A stretch of 47,522 nt of DNA from an uncultured Gammaproteobacteria bacterium (GTDB lineage Bacteria; Myxococcota_A; UBA9160; SZUA-336). Shown piece after piece: positions 47,522 to 47,522 of this stretch. The notes beneath the pieces were generated by a model. The model was not told the DNA's origin and searched no databases. It saw nothing but the letters and a program-made list of their open reading frames with translations. The stretch lies in contig CAXMNF010000307.1 of NCBI GenBank assembly GCA_964194645.1, positions 1-47,522 of the forward strand. Reading direction: 5' to 3'. Every line of letters begins with the position of its first letter. Within the stretch, counting starts at the first letter, position 1. A program made the translations under genes and the position numbers.

Positions 47522-47522
47522 G

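Overview
High-GC (roughly 70%), gene-dense bacterial chromosome segment with about 50 genes and no rRNA, tRNA, CRISPR array or transposase recognised. The gene content (acyl-CoA/lipid catabolism, F420-type LLM, MMPL/LolA-like pair, Ycf46-like AAA ATPase) suggests a Myxococcota/deltaproteobacterial-type organism; this is inference. Main blocks: lipid/acyl-CoA catabolism (4.8-13.7 kb); LolA-like + MMPL-cNMP transporter and split NDP-forming acyl-CoA ligase (13.8-19.5 kb); glpD-AGPS-glpK (21-25.5 kb); M1 peptidase-phhB-queuosine salvage-pntAAB (25.5-32.2 kb); two TPR lipoprotein paralogs, GH172, M18 peptidase, acyl-CoA synthetase, yqgE, PaaX-desaturase, CoA transferase and amidohydrolase (32-43.9 kb). 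The best candidate for an undescribed system is a tightly coupled RNA-modification operon at the right end: an Sgm/RmtB/ArmA-type 16S m7G1405 methyltransferase, a divergent tRNA-guanine transglycosylase with a remodelled base pocket, and RsmI (16S Cm1402). Other oddities are a Rieske oxygenase with reversed domain order, an in-frame amber codon in phhB, a composite REP-like repeat with covarying stems, a perfect 29-bp-arm palindrome, a nucleotidyltransferase remnant missing from the ORF track, a PaaX-like N27 operator and many apparent leaderless promoters. All family calls come from motif recognition by eye; no database searches were run.
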